64,000 nt of DNA. Source: Nanobdellota archaeon (GTDB lineage: Archaea; Nanobdellota; Nanobdellia; Woesearchaeales; UBA583). Location of the stretch: contig JBMCRE010000004.1 in assembly GCA_048625195.1 (NCBI GenBank), forward strand, positions 3,513-67,512. Direction: 5' to 3'. The translations under genes and the position numbers were made by a program. Below the pieces are notes generated by a model. It did no database searches. It was not told where the DNA came from and saw only the letters and a list, made by a program, of their open reading frames with translations. Numbering within the stretch: position 1 is the stretch's first letter; every line of letters starts with the position of its first letter. Positions 1 through 10,258 of this stretch are shown here, in pieces.

Positions 1-74
1 TGATTTATCTACACTTACCATTGTTATAATTAAAATTAAATTAGATTTTTTATAAAACTTTTGAAATTAAAAAA

Positions 75-1373
75 TTATTCAAAATTAATAGTTTCTCCAA
101 TTATAGGCGTATAAACTTTTCCTTTGAATTTGCTTTTATTTTTTATCCATTGAGATACAGCTGAAATTGCACTAGTATCACCATGTTGTAAAATTAAATG
201 TTTTGGATTAAGTTTTTCTATTAAATTATGTATTTTATCTTGTCCATAATGAGCACTAAAATCAAATTTTCTAACATGTGCTTTTACTGGAAATCTGTGA
301 TGATGATTATAAAACATATGGTCTTCAAAAATAGAACGACCATTTGTTCCATTTGCTTGATATCCTGTTAATAATATAAAATTATCTTTATTATGTATCA
401 TTGTATCGGCATAACTCATAACTGGTCCTCCTTGTACCATTCCTGATGTTGTAAGAATAACTATTCCTTTTCTTTTTGCAATTGATAATCTATCTTTTGG
501 ATTTGTAATTAGAGTAACTCTTTTAAACATTTTTTCTAAAAGATCTACATTATTAATAAATTTGTCATTTGATTGTATCATTGTTTGAGTTAATTTTCTT
601 GCCATACCATCAAGGTATATAGGAATTTTTGGATCTAGTTTTGATAAAATAATTAGAATTTCTTGTGACCTTCCAACTCCAAAAACAGGTACTAATGCAC
701 TACCTCCTCCACGAATACAATTTTCAATAGATTTTATAAAACCTTCTTCACTAAGTATTTTATCAGGATGCATTCTATCCCCATAAGTATTTTCAGTAAT
801 TAAAATATCTATTTCATTTTTTAGATTTTCTAATTGTGAAGGAATCATTAAATTGGTATTTTCTGTATTTATATCTCCTGTATAAAGAATAGTTTTATCT
901 TTTATTTTCATTAATATTGACGCACTACCTGGGATGTGTCCAGCATTTATAAATTGAAATTTAATATTTGAATCACGAGTTTTATATTCTTGGTCGTATC
1001 TTACAATTTTTAAATCTTTTTTTACTTTATCAATATCTCTTCCTACATAAGCAGGATGAATATGTTTTAATTTTGCTAAATGATAAGAATCTTCAAGTAA
1101 CATATTTGTAGTTTTCCATGTTAAATCTGTCATATAAATAGGACAATTTAATTCTTTATGTTCAAGCATAGGTAATGCTCCACTATGGTCTAAATGTGCA
1201 TGACTTAAAAAAATACCATCTAATCCATTTATCTTATCTAATTCTTTTGGATATTCTACTCCGTGTTGAATAAATTTTATTCCTGCATCTAAAAGATATC
1301 TTTTGTTATCTATAGCAATCTCAATACAACTTTTTCCAACTTCTTGTGCTGCTCCATGAAATATGATTTTCAT
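75..1373 (-). CDS. beta-CASP / metallo-beta-lactamase-fold ribonuclease (aCPSF2- or RNase J-like, no KH domains)
   Basis: 432-aa ORF with the MBL motif SHAHLDHSG near the N-terminus. Length fits MBL plus beta-CASP. It lacks the N-terminal KH region seen in the paralog at 63183. Confidence 0.8.
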   Translation of the reverse strand: MKIIFHGAAQEVGKSCIEIAIDNKRYLLDAGIKFIQHGVEYPKELDKINGLDGIFLSHAHLDHSGALPMLEHKELNCPIYMTDLTWKTTNMLLEDSYHLAKLKHIHPAYVGRDIDKVKKDLKIVRYDQEYKTRDSNIKFQFINAGHIPGSASILMKIKDKTILYTGDINTENTNLMIPSQLENLKNEIDILITENTYGDRMHPDKILSEEGFIKSIENCIRGGGSALVPVFGVGRSQEILIILSKLDPKIPIYLDGMARKLTQTMIQSNDKFINNVDLLEKMFKRVTLITNPKDRLSIAKRKGIVILTTSGMVQGGPVMSYADTMIHNKDNFILLTGYQANGTNGRSIFEDHMFYNHHHRFPVKAHVRKFDFSAHYGQDKIHNLIEKLNPKHLILQHGDTSAISAVSQWIKNKSKFKGKVYTPIIGETINFE

Positions 1374-1526
1374 AGATTAAATTTGATGTTATTCTTTTTT
1401 ATTATTTTGTTACTTTGTAAATTGAAAACTTTTATTTATTATTTGTTATATAATTTTTTTTATAGTTTTATTTTATTTAATTATAGTTTATAGTGTTATA
1501 ATTTTATAATTTTTTAATAACTAAAA

Positions 1527-4500
1527 TTATTCTATACCAACTTTAAATAAATCTTTGACTTCATAATCTTGATTATTAGGAGTGTAAGAATAGTTAATAA
1601 CTTCATTATTTAGAATATTCCAATAAAATAATTTTCTACTACCTCCTCCTAATATTTGAAATAAATCATAAAGTCTAGAATATGAACCTCCAACATAATT
1701 AGATTTTACAGTATCAAAAACTTTATAATTATTAGATTCAATATTATTTGCACTTGTAGTTAAATTTACAAAATATAATTTGTTTCCAATATTTCTAATT
1801 TTTTTATTAATTTGAAGAGATGTGTTTTCTATTATATAAAATTTATAAATATCACTAAATCCAGTTTTATTAAATTCATCAATACTAATTACATTCCAAT
1901 TATGTATGTTAGAAGATGAAAAATTATGAAATATCGTTGTGTTAATACCTGTAGGGCATGAAATATTTTGTATCCATGTTGAATCTAAATAAAACATACA
2001 TGTATTATTTACAAATCCACTTTTAACATTAAATGTAAAATTAATTGTTCTATTTTGTCCAATAAATTTTTGATTATCATAAGGAGTTATTAAAGTTACA
2101 TTCCCCTTATCTGTAATTTCAAAATATGAATTATAGTATTCACGATTATTACATAAATTACCTTTATCGCAAACAATTATATTTGTAATATTATAATAAC
2201 CTGCATCTGCTGTATCATTAAAATCAAGATACCAATTATTACTATTTTCTTTATAATCAATTTCAACAAAAATATCTTTCCACTTTATAATATCATATAA
2301 ACTAGAATTATAATTATCTAAATTCAATCCTCTAAATCTAATATTTCTATTATCTTCAAATCTCCAATTATTTAAAATATTTGAATTAGTTGTTGATATT
2401 GAATATAAACCTGGAGTTGTTGGAAAAATTGTTCCTATCACTTGCCAATCTGTATTTTCAGAATTAGACACAGAAACTTCCAATGAAGGATATGTATTAG
2501 AATTTTCATCAGATGCATCATATGAATTTTGAGTAATATTTATATGAACTTCTATTTTTGATAATTCTTGTAATTTTGAATCATCTACAAAAGAGTATCT
2601 TTTATATAAAGTTTCACCATCTATTGCGTTTTTCCATTTTTTTTCATTATCCCATGATATAAAATAAGGTTCTGGATCTACATATTTTCTAAGTAAAAAA
2701 TCATCTGACCAATACTCTTGACCACCATGAATATACAAAGTGTTAAAATTTGTATGAGTATTTTCTACGATATCTACATAATCAAATACAGTTTCGGTTA
2801 AATCCATAAAATAGTGTTTAAAACGACCTTCATATCTGTTTAATTTCATATAATACCATGTATTAAATGATGTTGCAAAGGACAAATCTGGTCCTGGTGT
2901 TACATCTGTTGCAGAACCGGCATTTCTTCTTTCAAGTCTGAATTTCATATTGGGACCAAAACTACTAGAATATGTAGAATAACCATTTGCATTTTCGTCA
3001 CTTACACCATAACGATTAATTGGACCTGCTAAATTATTAATTCTATTAGTTTTCCATATTAATTCATAATTTGAAAAATTAAATCCTAAGTATCTTTTAC
3101 CACCACTTGGGTCATTATTTGAAGTTTTTTTTAAAACACGATTTGTTCCATCAGTATCTAATAATACTGTTCCTGAATTATAATTTAGCCAAGTTGGAGG
3201 TCTTACACCATCAGAAGTAGAACCATAATTTTCAAAATCCTCAAAAAATAAAAATGTACTTGTACCATTTCCTGCATAACTTGCAGCTGAATTATTATAA
3301 TAGATATAAAATGTGTTATTAACATTTTGCAATATATTATCAAATTTAATCCAAAAAATTGCATAATCTGCACCTTCTCTTTCTTTCCAATAAGATAAAA
3401 TACCACTTGAATTTGCTAAATCATTTGTAAATCTAATGTCTGAATAATCATCTTTTGCTTTTCCTGCAAGATAAACATTATTTAAAATGTCTGTTCCTTC
3501 TTTATTGTAAATATATAATTTCATAGTATAATTTGTTAAATCTGAAACGTTAGAACCCATTATTTTGAATTCTTTTCTATAATTCCAATTATCTAGCCAA
3601 ATACTCTCATCAGGTGGAACTGTGAAATTATAAAAACCTGATTCTTGATCTGGTGTAATTAATGAAAAACTTTGAGGAGGACTATTTAAAAATGAAAAAT
3701 TTTTTATAGTTGAATTAGGATAGTTAATTGTTCCTGTTACATTTTTAATAGTAAAAACTGATTGTGGATCTGTTACATTAACATCAATATTTATCATATT
3801 ATTTTGCCAAGTAAATGTAGGATTAATGTTGATATTTGTAGAGTTTGGTGGTAAATTTCCATAAGCAATATAATCTGTAAAACTAAATCCTCCTCCTGAT
3901 TCAGATTTTGTGTGAGATCTATCTATGTTTTCATCAATAAATAAATTTAAAGAAGTTGTAGATAAACTATGAAGTACCGCCCATCCTCCTTCTCCTCCAA
4001 CATTTGAAGTTTGAGAAACTATTGCACCAATTGGATTTGATGAAAAAGATGTTTGCCAATTTTGACTATGAGGTCTAGAATTGGTATAACCATTAATCCA
4101 ACTATCTCCACTAGTACCTGTATCAGCTAAATTCCATAATGATTCAAACTCTACTCCAGATAATGTTGAATGAAATTCATCCATTGCAACCCAATAAATA
4201 GTTTCATAATTTGTAATAGGATTGGGAGATGGTGCATTTACTTGAGAAAGTCCAATACATGCTCCATTAATTCCTACCGATTTTGTTTCATCATCCAAAT
4301 TATTTTGAAATGTAATTCCCCAAGCATTATTGTTATTAGTTGCCCTTGTTGAAAATACTATTGGAGATGATGAAAAGTTATTTTCAAAATAAATTTTATT
4401 ACCACGAACAGGACATTCCCAATTTCCAGTTCCTGCACTACCTACTCTATTTGTTGAAAATTTACCTGCCTCTATTTGTGAACTAGTTGATGGAAATGTC

Positions 4501-4844
4501 CAATTGCCTTCTTCAATAATAAAATAATTTATTTTAACATTATCTGTTGAATCAAATTGATGGTTTGAAGCATATATTTGAAAACTATTTTCAGTAACAT
4601 TATCTAACCATAAACCTATTCCTCTGTTTTGAGATGTAGATGAATATTCAATACTTGCAATAATAATAGGGGATACATAAGAATTTTTCATAGAAACATC
4701 TGTCCAAGATTGAGCAGAAATTGTAAAATTACCCCATTCCATCTGTAAATCTGTTGAAAAAATATTATTACTAAAACATAAAATAATAAAAACTAAACTT
4801 ATATAAAAACTACAAATTCTTATTAATTTTTTATTATTTTTCAT
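1527..4844 (-). CDS. large secreted surface protein with a DUF2341-like domain followed by a LamG/concanavalin-like region
   Basis: The likely start is the internal Met (MKNNKKLIRICSFYISLVFIILCF, signal/anchor), not the track start at 4871. DUF2341-like signature: YRKEFKI...DIRFTN...LSYWKE...IFWIKF...FYIYYNN. Very many N-x-S/T sequons. Confidence 0.7.
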   Translation of the reverse strand: MKNNKKLIRICSFYISLVFIILCFSNNIFSTDLQMEWGNFTISAQSWTDVSMKNSYVSPIIIASIEYSSTSQNRGIGLWLDNVTENSFQIYASNHQFDSTDNVKINYFIIEEGNWTFPSTSSQIEAGKFSTNRVGSAGTGNWECPVRGNKIYFENNFSSSPIVFSTRATNNNNAWGITFQNNLDDETKSVGINGACIGLSQVNAPSPNPITNYETIYWVAMDEFHSTLSGVEFESLWNLADTGTSGDSWINGYTNSRPHSQNWQTSFSSNPIGAIVSQTSNVGGEGGWAVLHSLSTTSLNLFIDENIDRSHTKSESGGGFSFTDYIAYGNLPPNSTNININPTFTWQNNMINIDVNVTDPQSVFTIKNVTGTINYPNSTIKNFSFLNSPPQSFSLITPDQESGFYNFTVPPDESIWLDNWNYRKEFKIMGSNVSDLTNYTMKLYIYNKEGTDILNNVYLAGKAKDDYSDIRFTNDLANSSGILSYWKEREGADYAIFWIKFDNILQNVNNTFYIYYNNSAASYAGNGTSTFLFFEDFENYGSTSDGVRPPTWLNYNSGTVLLDTDGTNRVLKKTSNNDPSGGKRYLGFNFSNYELIWKTNRINNLAGPINRYGVSDENANGYSTYSSSFGPNMKFRLERRNAGSATDVTPGPDLSFATSFNTWYYMKLNRYEGRFKHYFMDLTETVFDYVDIVENTHTNFNTLYIHGGQEYWSDDFLLRKYVDPEPYFISWDNEKKWKNAIDGETLYKRYSFVDDSKLQELSKIEVHINITQNSYDASDENSNTYPSLEVSVSNSENTDWQVIGTIFPTTPGLYSISTTNSNILNNWRFEDNRNIRFRGLNLDNYNSSLYDIIKWKDIFVEIDYKENSNNWYLDFNDTADAGYYNITNIIVCDKGNLCNNREYYNSYFEITDKGNVTLITPYDNQKFIGQNRTINFTFNVKSGFVNNTCMFYLDSTWIQNISCPTGINTTIFHNFSSSNIHNWNVISIDEFNKTGFSDIYKFYIIENTSLQINKKIRNIGNKLYFVNLTTSANNIESNNYKVFDTVKSNYVGGSYSRLYDLFQILGGGSRKLFYWNILNNEVINYSYTPNNQDYEVKDLFKVGIE

Positions 4845-4852
4845 TTTAGCAT

Positions 4853-4875
4853 TTTTTTGTGCTAAGCACAAAAAA
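4853..4875. promoter_or_regulatory. 23-bp perfect palindrome TTTTTTGTGCT-A-AGCACAAAAAA (candidate operator)
   Basis: 11-bp arms around centre 4864. It lies 9 nt upstream of the probable ATG (4844) of the surface-protein gene. Confidence 0.4.
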
Positions 4876-4936
4876 TATTAGTAATTATTTAATGATTTAT
4901 AACTTATTTTTTAAGTATTAATATTTACTAATATTT

Positions 4937-4959
4937 TAATTTGTACTAAGTACAAATTA
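4937..4959. promoter_or_regulatory. 23-bp perfect palindrome TAATTTGTACT-A-AGTACAAATTA (second copy of the same operator-like motif)
   Basis: 11-bp arms around centre 4948. It shares the core TTTGTRCT-A-AGYACAAA with 4853-4875. The centres are 84 bp apart. Confidence 0.4.
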
Positions 4960-5154
4960 TGTATTAAAATTAAATAATTTGTGAATTTCGATAAGGTAGT
5001 GAAAAAATATATTCAAATCATAAAAATGATAAATAATAAATCATTTATATTGAAGTTGTATTATTATTAAATAAAATAATTGATTAATTTTATTCTAACT
5101 TTTTAAAAAAATATTTTAGTAAAGTTTATAAAATTTAATGGGTTATTATTAGTT

Positions 5155-5346
5155 ATGATAATTCCGGTAAGATGTTTTTCATGTGGAAAAGTAATTGGTT
5201 CTAAGTGGGAGAAGTATCAAAAACTTCTTCAAGAAGGAAAAAAACCAAAAGAAGCTTTAGATGAGTTACAATTAGAAAGATTTTGTTGTAGAGGAGCTAT
5301 AATTTCTCATGTTGAGAGTATAGATATAATTGGTTCTTATATGTAA
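5155..5346 (+). CDS. rpoN: DNA-directed RNA polymerase subunit N (Rpo10)
   Basis: 63 aa. [15 protein letters not shown]...W..Y and the C-terminal ERFCCRG motif are typical of RpoN/RPB10. Confidence 0.9.
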   Translation: MIIPVRCFSCGKVIGSKWEKYQKLLQEGKKPKEALDELQLERFCCRGAIISHVESIDIIGSYM

Positions 5347-5397
5347 TTGAGTTATATAAATAAATAAGTTTAAATATATATTTATTTTTTTATTTTT

Positions 5398-7320
5398 ATG
5401 AATGAAATTAAGAGTTTAAATTCTTTAAAAAATATAGATTATAAAGAGATTGGATTAAAAGCAGGAATTGAAATTCATCAGCAATTAAATACTAATAAAT
5501 TGTTTTGTAATTGTCCTTCAAAGATTGTTTCAAATGAAAGTTTAAATAAAGAGATTGAAAGAAGATTAAGATTTTCTTTGAGTGAAACAGGAGAAATTGA
5601 TAAAACTGCTTTTGATGAGTTTAGAAAAGGAAAGTTTAATGTATATAGATATAATGATGACATTGCGTGTCTTGTAGATTTAGATGAAGAACCACCAAGA
5701 AATCCAAATAAATTAGCTATATCTACTGCAATTAGAGTTTCTCAAATGTTAAATTTAAAGTTTTTTAATAAATTGCAATTTATGAGAAAGTTAATAATTA
5801 ATGGTTCAATTACTTCTGGATATCAAAGAACTACTATGTTAGGATTGGGAGGGTATATTGATACTAGTTTTGGAAAAGTCGAAATAAATGGTATCAATTT
5901 AGAAGAAGATGCTTGTAGAATTGTTGAAAAAAATAATAATAAAACCATATATTCATTAGATAGACAAGGTATTCCTTTGATAGAAATTACTACAGGTCCT
6001 CAAATAAAATTACCAGAACAAGCATTAGAAGTTTCAATAAAGTTAGGAAATTTACTTAGAAGTTTTAAGGAAACTAAAAGAGGAATTGGTACTATTAGAC
6101 AAGATTTAAATGTATCAATTAAAGGTGGAGCAAGAATAGAAATAAAAGGGGTTCAAAATTTAAAATTAATTCCGAAAATTATTGAAGATGAAGTTAAAAG
6201 ACAAATTGTTTATTTATCTATTTTAGATGAATTAAAAAAAAGAAAAATTAATACTGATAACTTATCTAATTTTAAAATATATGATGTAAGTGAGGTGTTT
6301 GAAAAAACTGACTCAGAGGTTATATTGTCAAATTTAAAAGATAAAAATTCAAAAGTTTTAGGAATTAAATTAAATAATTTCATAGATATTTTAGGAGTTG
6401 AATTACAAGAAAATTATAGATTTGCAACAGAAATTTCTAATAGAAATAAACAACATTTTCCAGAGATAAAAGGACTATTTCATCTAGATGAATTACCCAA
6501 ATATGGAATTACTAGTGAAGAAGTTGAGTTAGTTAAAAAAAAATTGAATTTGTCTATTCATGATTCATTTATTTTACTTGCAGGGGAAAAAAATGTTATA
6601 GAAAAATCTTTAAAAAATATATTAGAAATAATAAAAGAACTTATTTATGAAGTTCCAAGCGAAGTGAGACAAGTAGATCCAAAAGGGACAAAAACAATTT
6701 TTTTAAGACACATGCCTGGTTCTGCAAGAATGTATCCAGAAACTGATATTGAAGATATTGAAATCACAAAAGAGTTATTAGAGGAAGAAAAGAAAAAAAT
6801 TCCTGAACTCTTTGATAAAAAGATAAAAAGATTAACTAAAGAGTTTAATTTAGATGAGTTTCAAATAAAAAATATATTAAATAATTTTGATGAAGAAAAT
6901 TTTAAAATTCTTTTAAGTTATAATGTTAAACCTTCTATAGTATATTCTACTATTTTTGATATACCAAAGGAAATTAAAAAAAGAGAAAATATTGAAATTG
7001 TTGATTTTAATTTTAATTTGATAAAACAAGTTATTGATTTATTAAATCAAGAAAAATTAAATAAAAATTCTATATATAATTTGTATTTAAATTTGTATAA
7101 AAATTCTGTTAGAGAAGTTGATGATTTAGAAAAATATCTTAAAAATAATAATTTAATAGCTAAAGAAGTTGATGAACAAGAAATTGAACAAAAAATTAAA
7201 AAAATTGTCTCTGAAAATCAAGGGGCGCCATTTGGAGCTTTAATGGGAATTGTAATGAAAGAATTTTCTGGTAATATTGATGGAAAAAAAGTTTCTCAAA
7301 TTTTAAAAAAATTAGTTTGA
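5398..7320 (+). CDS. gatE: Glu-tRNA(Gln) amidotransferase subunit E
   Basis: 640 aa. N-terminal GLKAGIEIHQQLNTNKLFCNC motif. The length fits archaeal GatE rather than GatB. Confidence 0.85.
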   Translation: MNEIKSLNSLKNIDYKEIGLKAGIEIHQQLNTNKLFCNCPSKIVSNESLNKEIERRLRFSLSETGEIDKTAFDEFRKGKFNVYRYNDDIACLVDLDEEPPRNPNKLAISTAIRVSQMLNLKFFNKLQFMRKLIINGSITSGYQRTTMLGLGGYIDTSFGKVEINGINLEEDACRIVEKNNNKTIYSLDRQGIPLIEITTGPQIKLPEQALEVSIKLGNLLRSFKETKRGIGTIRQDLNVSIKGGARIEIKGVQNLKLIPKIIEDEVKRQIVYLSILDELKKRKINTDNLSNFKIYDVSEVFEKTDSEVILSNLKDKNSKVLGIKLNNFIDILGVELQENYRFATEISNRNKQHFPEIKGLFHLDELPKYGITSEEVELVKKKLNLSIHDSFILLAGEKNVIEKSLKNILEIIKELIYEVPSEVRQVDPKGTKTIFLRHMPGSARMYPETDIEDIEITKELLEEEKKKIPELFDKKIKRLTKEFNLDEFQIKNILNNFDEENFKILLSYNVKPSIVYSTIFDIPKEIKKRENIEIVDFNFNLIKQVIDLLNQEKLNKNSIYNLYLNLYKNSVREVDDLEKYLKNNNLIAKEVDEQEIEQKIKKIVSENQGAPFGALMGIVMKEFSGNIDGKKVSQILKKLV

Positions 7321-7568
7321 GATAAAACATTGATAAAAATAATATAAAATTATGATAAAATATGTTAAAATTAATGAAAATCTTAAATCTTATATTATTT
7401 TAATCGGAACTTTGACACTTAATGCCCAGAAATAGTAAAATCTCATATTATAAGAGATTTTATTGTGACACATTAATAAATAAAAGACTTTTTTATTTCT
7501 ATTTGTTTCTAAATGTTTTCAATATCAGAATTTGAAAAATTTAATTTAATATCAAGTAAAATTAAGTA

Positions 7569-7643
7569 CGGGGTAGCCAGGATTTGAACCTGGGTCCAGG
7601 CGTCCCAAACGCCCGATGATAGACCATGCTACACTACTACCCC
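7569..7643 (-). tRNA. tRNA-Pro (anticodon UGG)
   Basis: The reverse complement folds as a cloverleaf. Acceptor GGGGTAG/CTACCCC, anticodon stem GGGCG/CGCCT with loop TTTGGGA, T-arm CCAGG-TTCAAAT-CCTGG. No encoded CCA. Confidence 0.9.
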
Positions 7644-7657
7644 TTAAAAAAAAATAT

Positions 7658-8254
7658 TTATTCATCAAAGAAATCATCAAGAGAATAATTGAATTCACTT
7701 TCTTTGATTATTCCTTTGTTAACTAAATAATATTTTGCTAACAAAAAAAACGCTAATCCCAATGATTTTTTACCTTTGTTATTAATAGGAATTACTAAAT
7801 CTAATTTGCCTGTTCTATTGTTTGTGTCACAAAAACCAATTGTAAATATACCTTGATTAAAAGCTTCATTTAAAATATTTTTGTCGGTTAGAGGATCACA
7901 AACAATTACAACTTTATATTCTTTAAAATCTTTTAATTCAGCGTTAGTTAATTTTCCAGGTAAATATCTATTTGTGAACACATCACAATCAATTATTTTA
8001 GAGAAAGTTGTAAGTGGTTTTTTTGCATTTTCTCTTCTACCCATAATAGCAAATTCGCTTGGTTCGTATTTAGATAAAAAATTGATTAAAATTTTCAATC
8101 TATTATCAACATCTTCAGTGTTAATAATCTTTAGCCCATCTGCTCTAGATCTATGTATAAATCTATCTGTGAATGCATTTTTAAATTTGGTTCCTATATG
8201 AACTCCTGCTGTGAGGTAATCGTCAACAGGCACAAGGGTTTTACTTTCTTCCAT
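7658..8254 (-). CDS. rps2: 30S ribosomal protein uS2
   Basis: 198 aa. N-terminal DYLTAGVHIGTK motif and archaeal uS2 length. Confidence 0.85.
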   Translation of the reverse strand: MEESKTLVPVDDYLTAGVHIGTKFKNAFTDRFIHRSRADGLKIINTEDVDNRLKILINFLSKYEPSEFAIMGRRENAKKPLTTFSKIIDCDVFTNRYLPGKLTNAELKDFKEYKVVIVCDPLTDKNILNEAFNQGIFTIGFCDTNNRTGKLDLVIPINNKGKKSLGLAFFLLAKYYLVNKGIIKESEFNYSLDDFFDE

Positions 8255-8318
8255 ACTCTAAATGAATAATAAATCATTTATAAAGCTTTCCGGTGAAATT
8301 TATAATTTGTTGGAAGTA

Positions 8319-8960
8319 TTAATATTCTAATAAGTCTTTTTTATAGATTCCTGATTTTATGTTGTTCATTGCTTTGATCATATCTAAAGTTCTTGTTTTA
8401 GTTAATTTTTCAGATTTTAATGATGCTTTGAAATGTAAGTTGTTATAAGAAATTAATAAACTATCTCCATTGTGTCTTATTAACCATTCTAAGTCGTCAT
8501 ATATTTGCTTTTCTAAAACTTTTGTTAGATATCGATTATTAGTAAAAATGTTTATTCTGCTATAACTTTTTTCAACATTTCCTTCTGATTTTATTTTATA
8601 ATCTTTAGGAAATGCTCTAAGGTTAAATATTTCACTAAAAGACATTCCATCTTTAATAAGATAGAAGTATAATTCCCATTTGATATCAGGAGTTTTAAAC
8701 GTTATTATGTTATAGCATTTGCTAAAATTCATTTTATGTTTGTTTGACATTGATTTATATTCGTGGACTGAAATAATTTTATGAGATGGTCCAAAATAAG
8801 CATCAGAATAATATTTACCTTTTACTATTTCTTGAAATGATTTGATAAAATCATTTTTAATTCTATATTTATGATAAAAGAATTGAAAATAGTAACTTTT
8901 ATATATTAAATAAATTATTACTATGAAAAGTGCTGTGAATGTAATGTAAATAAAAACCAT
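8319..8960 (-). CDS. hypothetical membrane-anchored protein
   Basis: 213-aa ORF with an N-terminal hydrophobic helix (VFIYITFTALFIVIIYLIY). No family recognised. Confidence 0.5.
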   Translation of the reverse strand: MVFIYITFTALFIVIIYLIYKSYYFQFFYHKYRIKNDFIKSFQEIVKGKYYSDAYFGPSHKIISVHEYKSMSNKHKMNFSKCYNIITFKTPDIKWELYFYLIKDGMSFSEIFNLRAFPKDYKIKSEGNVEKSYSRINIFTNNRYLTKVLEKQIYDDLEWLIRHNGDSLLISYNNLHFKASLKSEKLTKTRTLDMIKAMNNIKSGIYKKDLLEY

Positions 8961-9011
8961 AATATATATTATAATAAAAAAACTATTTAAATTTAACGTA
9001 AAAATTAATAA

Positions 9012-9878
9012 TTATTTTTTTTGAAAAATTAGTAAATCTTCAGTAGTTAAAACACCACCTTTATTCATTAATTTATCTTCAGCCTCTCTTCTTTGTAGTT
9101 TTATCTTGTGATTATCTACTTTGTTTTTTTTATAGAAATTTTCTCCAAGTTGTTCTAATATTTCAGATTCTTTTTTAAATAAATTTTTTAATTTTTTTCC
9201 TAGTTCTGAATAGTCTTTTTTTGTATCTCTAAATTGTTCGAATGATTTTTTTTTTAAATTTCTTAATTCATCGATTTGTTTGTATCTTTGTTTTTTAGAT
9301 TTACTAATGATTCGAATTTGTTTATATAAAGATCTTATTTTTTTTTCAATATTGTTACATTTTCTTCTCATGGAGTTAAGTTCTTTTTGTGCTTGTTTTA
9401 AATCACTACTTTCTTCATTTCTATTAACTTGTTCAACTTCTTCACGTAGTTGTTGTATTCTTTTGATTATTTCAGATTCTTTATCTAATGATAGAACTTG
9501 TGTTTGTAATTTTAAGTCAAGATTTTTAATTTCTTTTTGTGCTTTATTTGCTGTTATAGTTTTAATTTTTGGTTTAATTAATTTTTTTTTAGCTTCAAGT
9601 CTTAATTGTGAAACTTTTTTTTGTAGTTCATCGTATTTTTTTTTATGTTCTTCTAATTCTTTAGTCTTTTCATCTAGATCTTTGTTTATTTGATCAAGGT
9701 TATTGTCAATTTCTATTTGTTTTATTTCATCATATAGTTTATTGATTGTAACTAAAAACTCCTCACCTTTGGAAAAGTGATCCTCTTTTTTATCTTTTTT
9801 TATAGAAAACTCTTTTTTTAATTCGTTAATTTGAGCTTTAACTTTATTCAATTCCTCTCGAATTGCCTCTTTGTCCAT
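9012..9878 (-). CDS. Lys/Glu-rich coiled-coil protein (resembles the archaeal COG1340 coiled-coil family)
   Basis: 288 aa, heptad-like charged sequence throughout. The size matches COG1340-type proteins. Assignment from memory only. Confidence 0.5.
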   Translation of the reverse strand: MDKEAIREELNKVKAQINELKKEFSIKKDKKEDHFSKGEEFLVTINKLYDEIKQIEIDNNLDQINKDLDEKTKELEEHKKKYDELQKKVSQLRLEAKKKLIKPKIKTITANKAQKEIKNLDLKLQTQVLSLDKESEIIKRIQQLREEVEQVNRNEESSDLKQAQKELNSMRRKCNNIEKKIRSLYKQIRIISKSKKQRYKQIDELRNLKKKSFEQFRDTKKDYSELGKKLKNLFKKESEILEQLGENFYKKNKVDNHKIKLQRREAEDKLMNKGGVLTTEDLLIFQKK

Positions 9879-9922
9879 TTGTTATATTTAAATATTTATT
9901 TAATTTTTTTAAAAAAGTATGA

Positions 9923-10228
9923 TTAAAATAATGAACCAAGACCTGCAGCAGCATCAGCTGTTGAAGTCTTTTCTTCTTCTTTTTTTTCTTCTTTTTTTTC
10001 TTCTGCAGGTGCATCAGCATTTGAACTACTTGTAGGAGCCGCTGCTGATACAACTGAGCTTTCTTTGATAACTTGCTCGATATCTACACCATCTAATGCA
10101 GCAATTAAAGATTTAACTTTAGCAATATCTGCCTCGATACCTGCAGCTTTCAAAACTGCTTTAATATTATTTTCTGTAATTTCTTTTCCAGCTTTATTTA
10201 AAAGCATAACTGAGTAAATATATTCCAT
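9923..10228 (-). CDS. rpl12: 50S ribosomal stalk protein P1 (L12e)
   Basis: MEYIYSVMLLNKAGKEITE... N-terminus, Ala/Glu/Lys hinge, conserved C-terminal GLGSLF. Confidence 0.9.
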   Translation of the reverse strand: MEYIYSVMLLNKAGKEITENNIKAVLKAAGIEADIAKVKSLIAALDGVDIEQVIKESSVVSAAAPTSSSNADAPAEEKKEEKKEEEKTSTADAAAGLGSLF

Positions 10229-10258
10229 TTTTTTAAAGTTTTAAATTTTTATTTTTAA

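Noticed and set aside
4845-4871. Upstream start (MCLAQKNAK) for the DUF2341 surface protein
   Set aside because: These codons lie inside the 23-bp palindrome. The following Met gives a canonical basic-hydrophobic signal sequence.
7321-7568. Possible C/D-box sRNA or other ncRNA in the gatE-tRNA-Pro gap
   Set aside because: Only a simple 8-bp hairpin (AAAATCTC...GAGATTTT near 7438-7464) is present, consistent with a terminator. No convincing C (RUGAUGA) and D (CUGA) box pairs were found.
9280-9693. 137-aa antisense ORF inside the coiled-coil gene. Similar antisense ORFs occur at 3203-3406, 4170-4352, 5478-5663, 7881-8201, 11292-11495, 17856-18119, 18297-18482, 19767-20003, 21349-21549, 22994-23362, 25250-25519, 30296-30487, 31057-31254, 32294-32497, 32602-32802, 43550-43759, 45529-45750, 50845-51039, 54379-54612, 54643-54861, 55048-55264, 57734-57946 and 61968-62168
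   Set aside because: Each lies wholly inside a longer ORF that has clear family motifs or a better coding character. Their sequences are low-complexity Leu/Phe/Ile/Ser strings typical of antisense frames in AT-rich DNA.
9844-10053. 69-aa ORF with a poly-Lys run overlapping the P1 stalk gene
   Set aside because: It is an out-of-frame reading of the P1 acidic/Lys-rich hinge and lies entirely within a confidently identified ribosomal gene.
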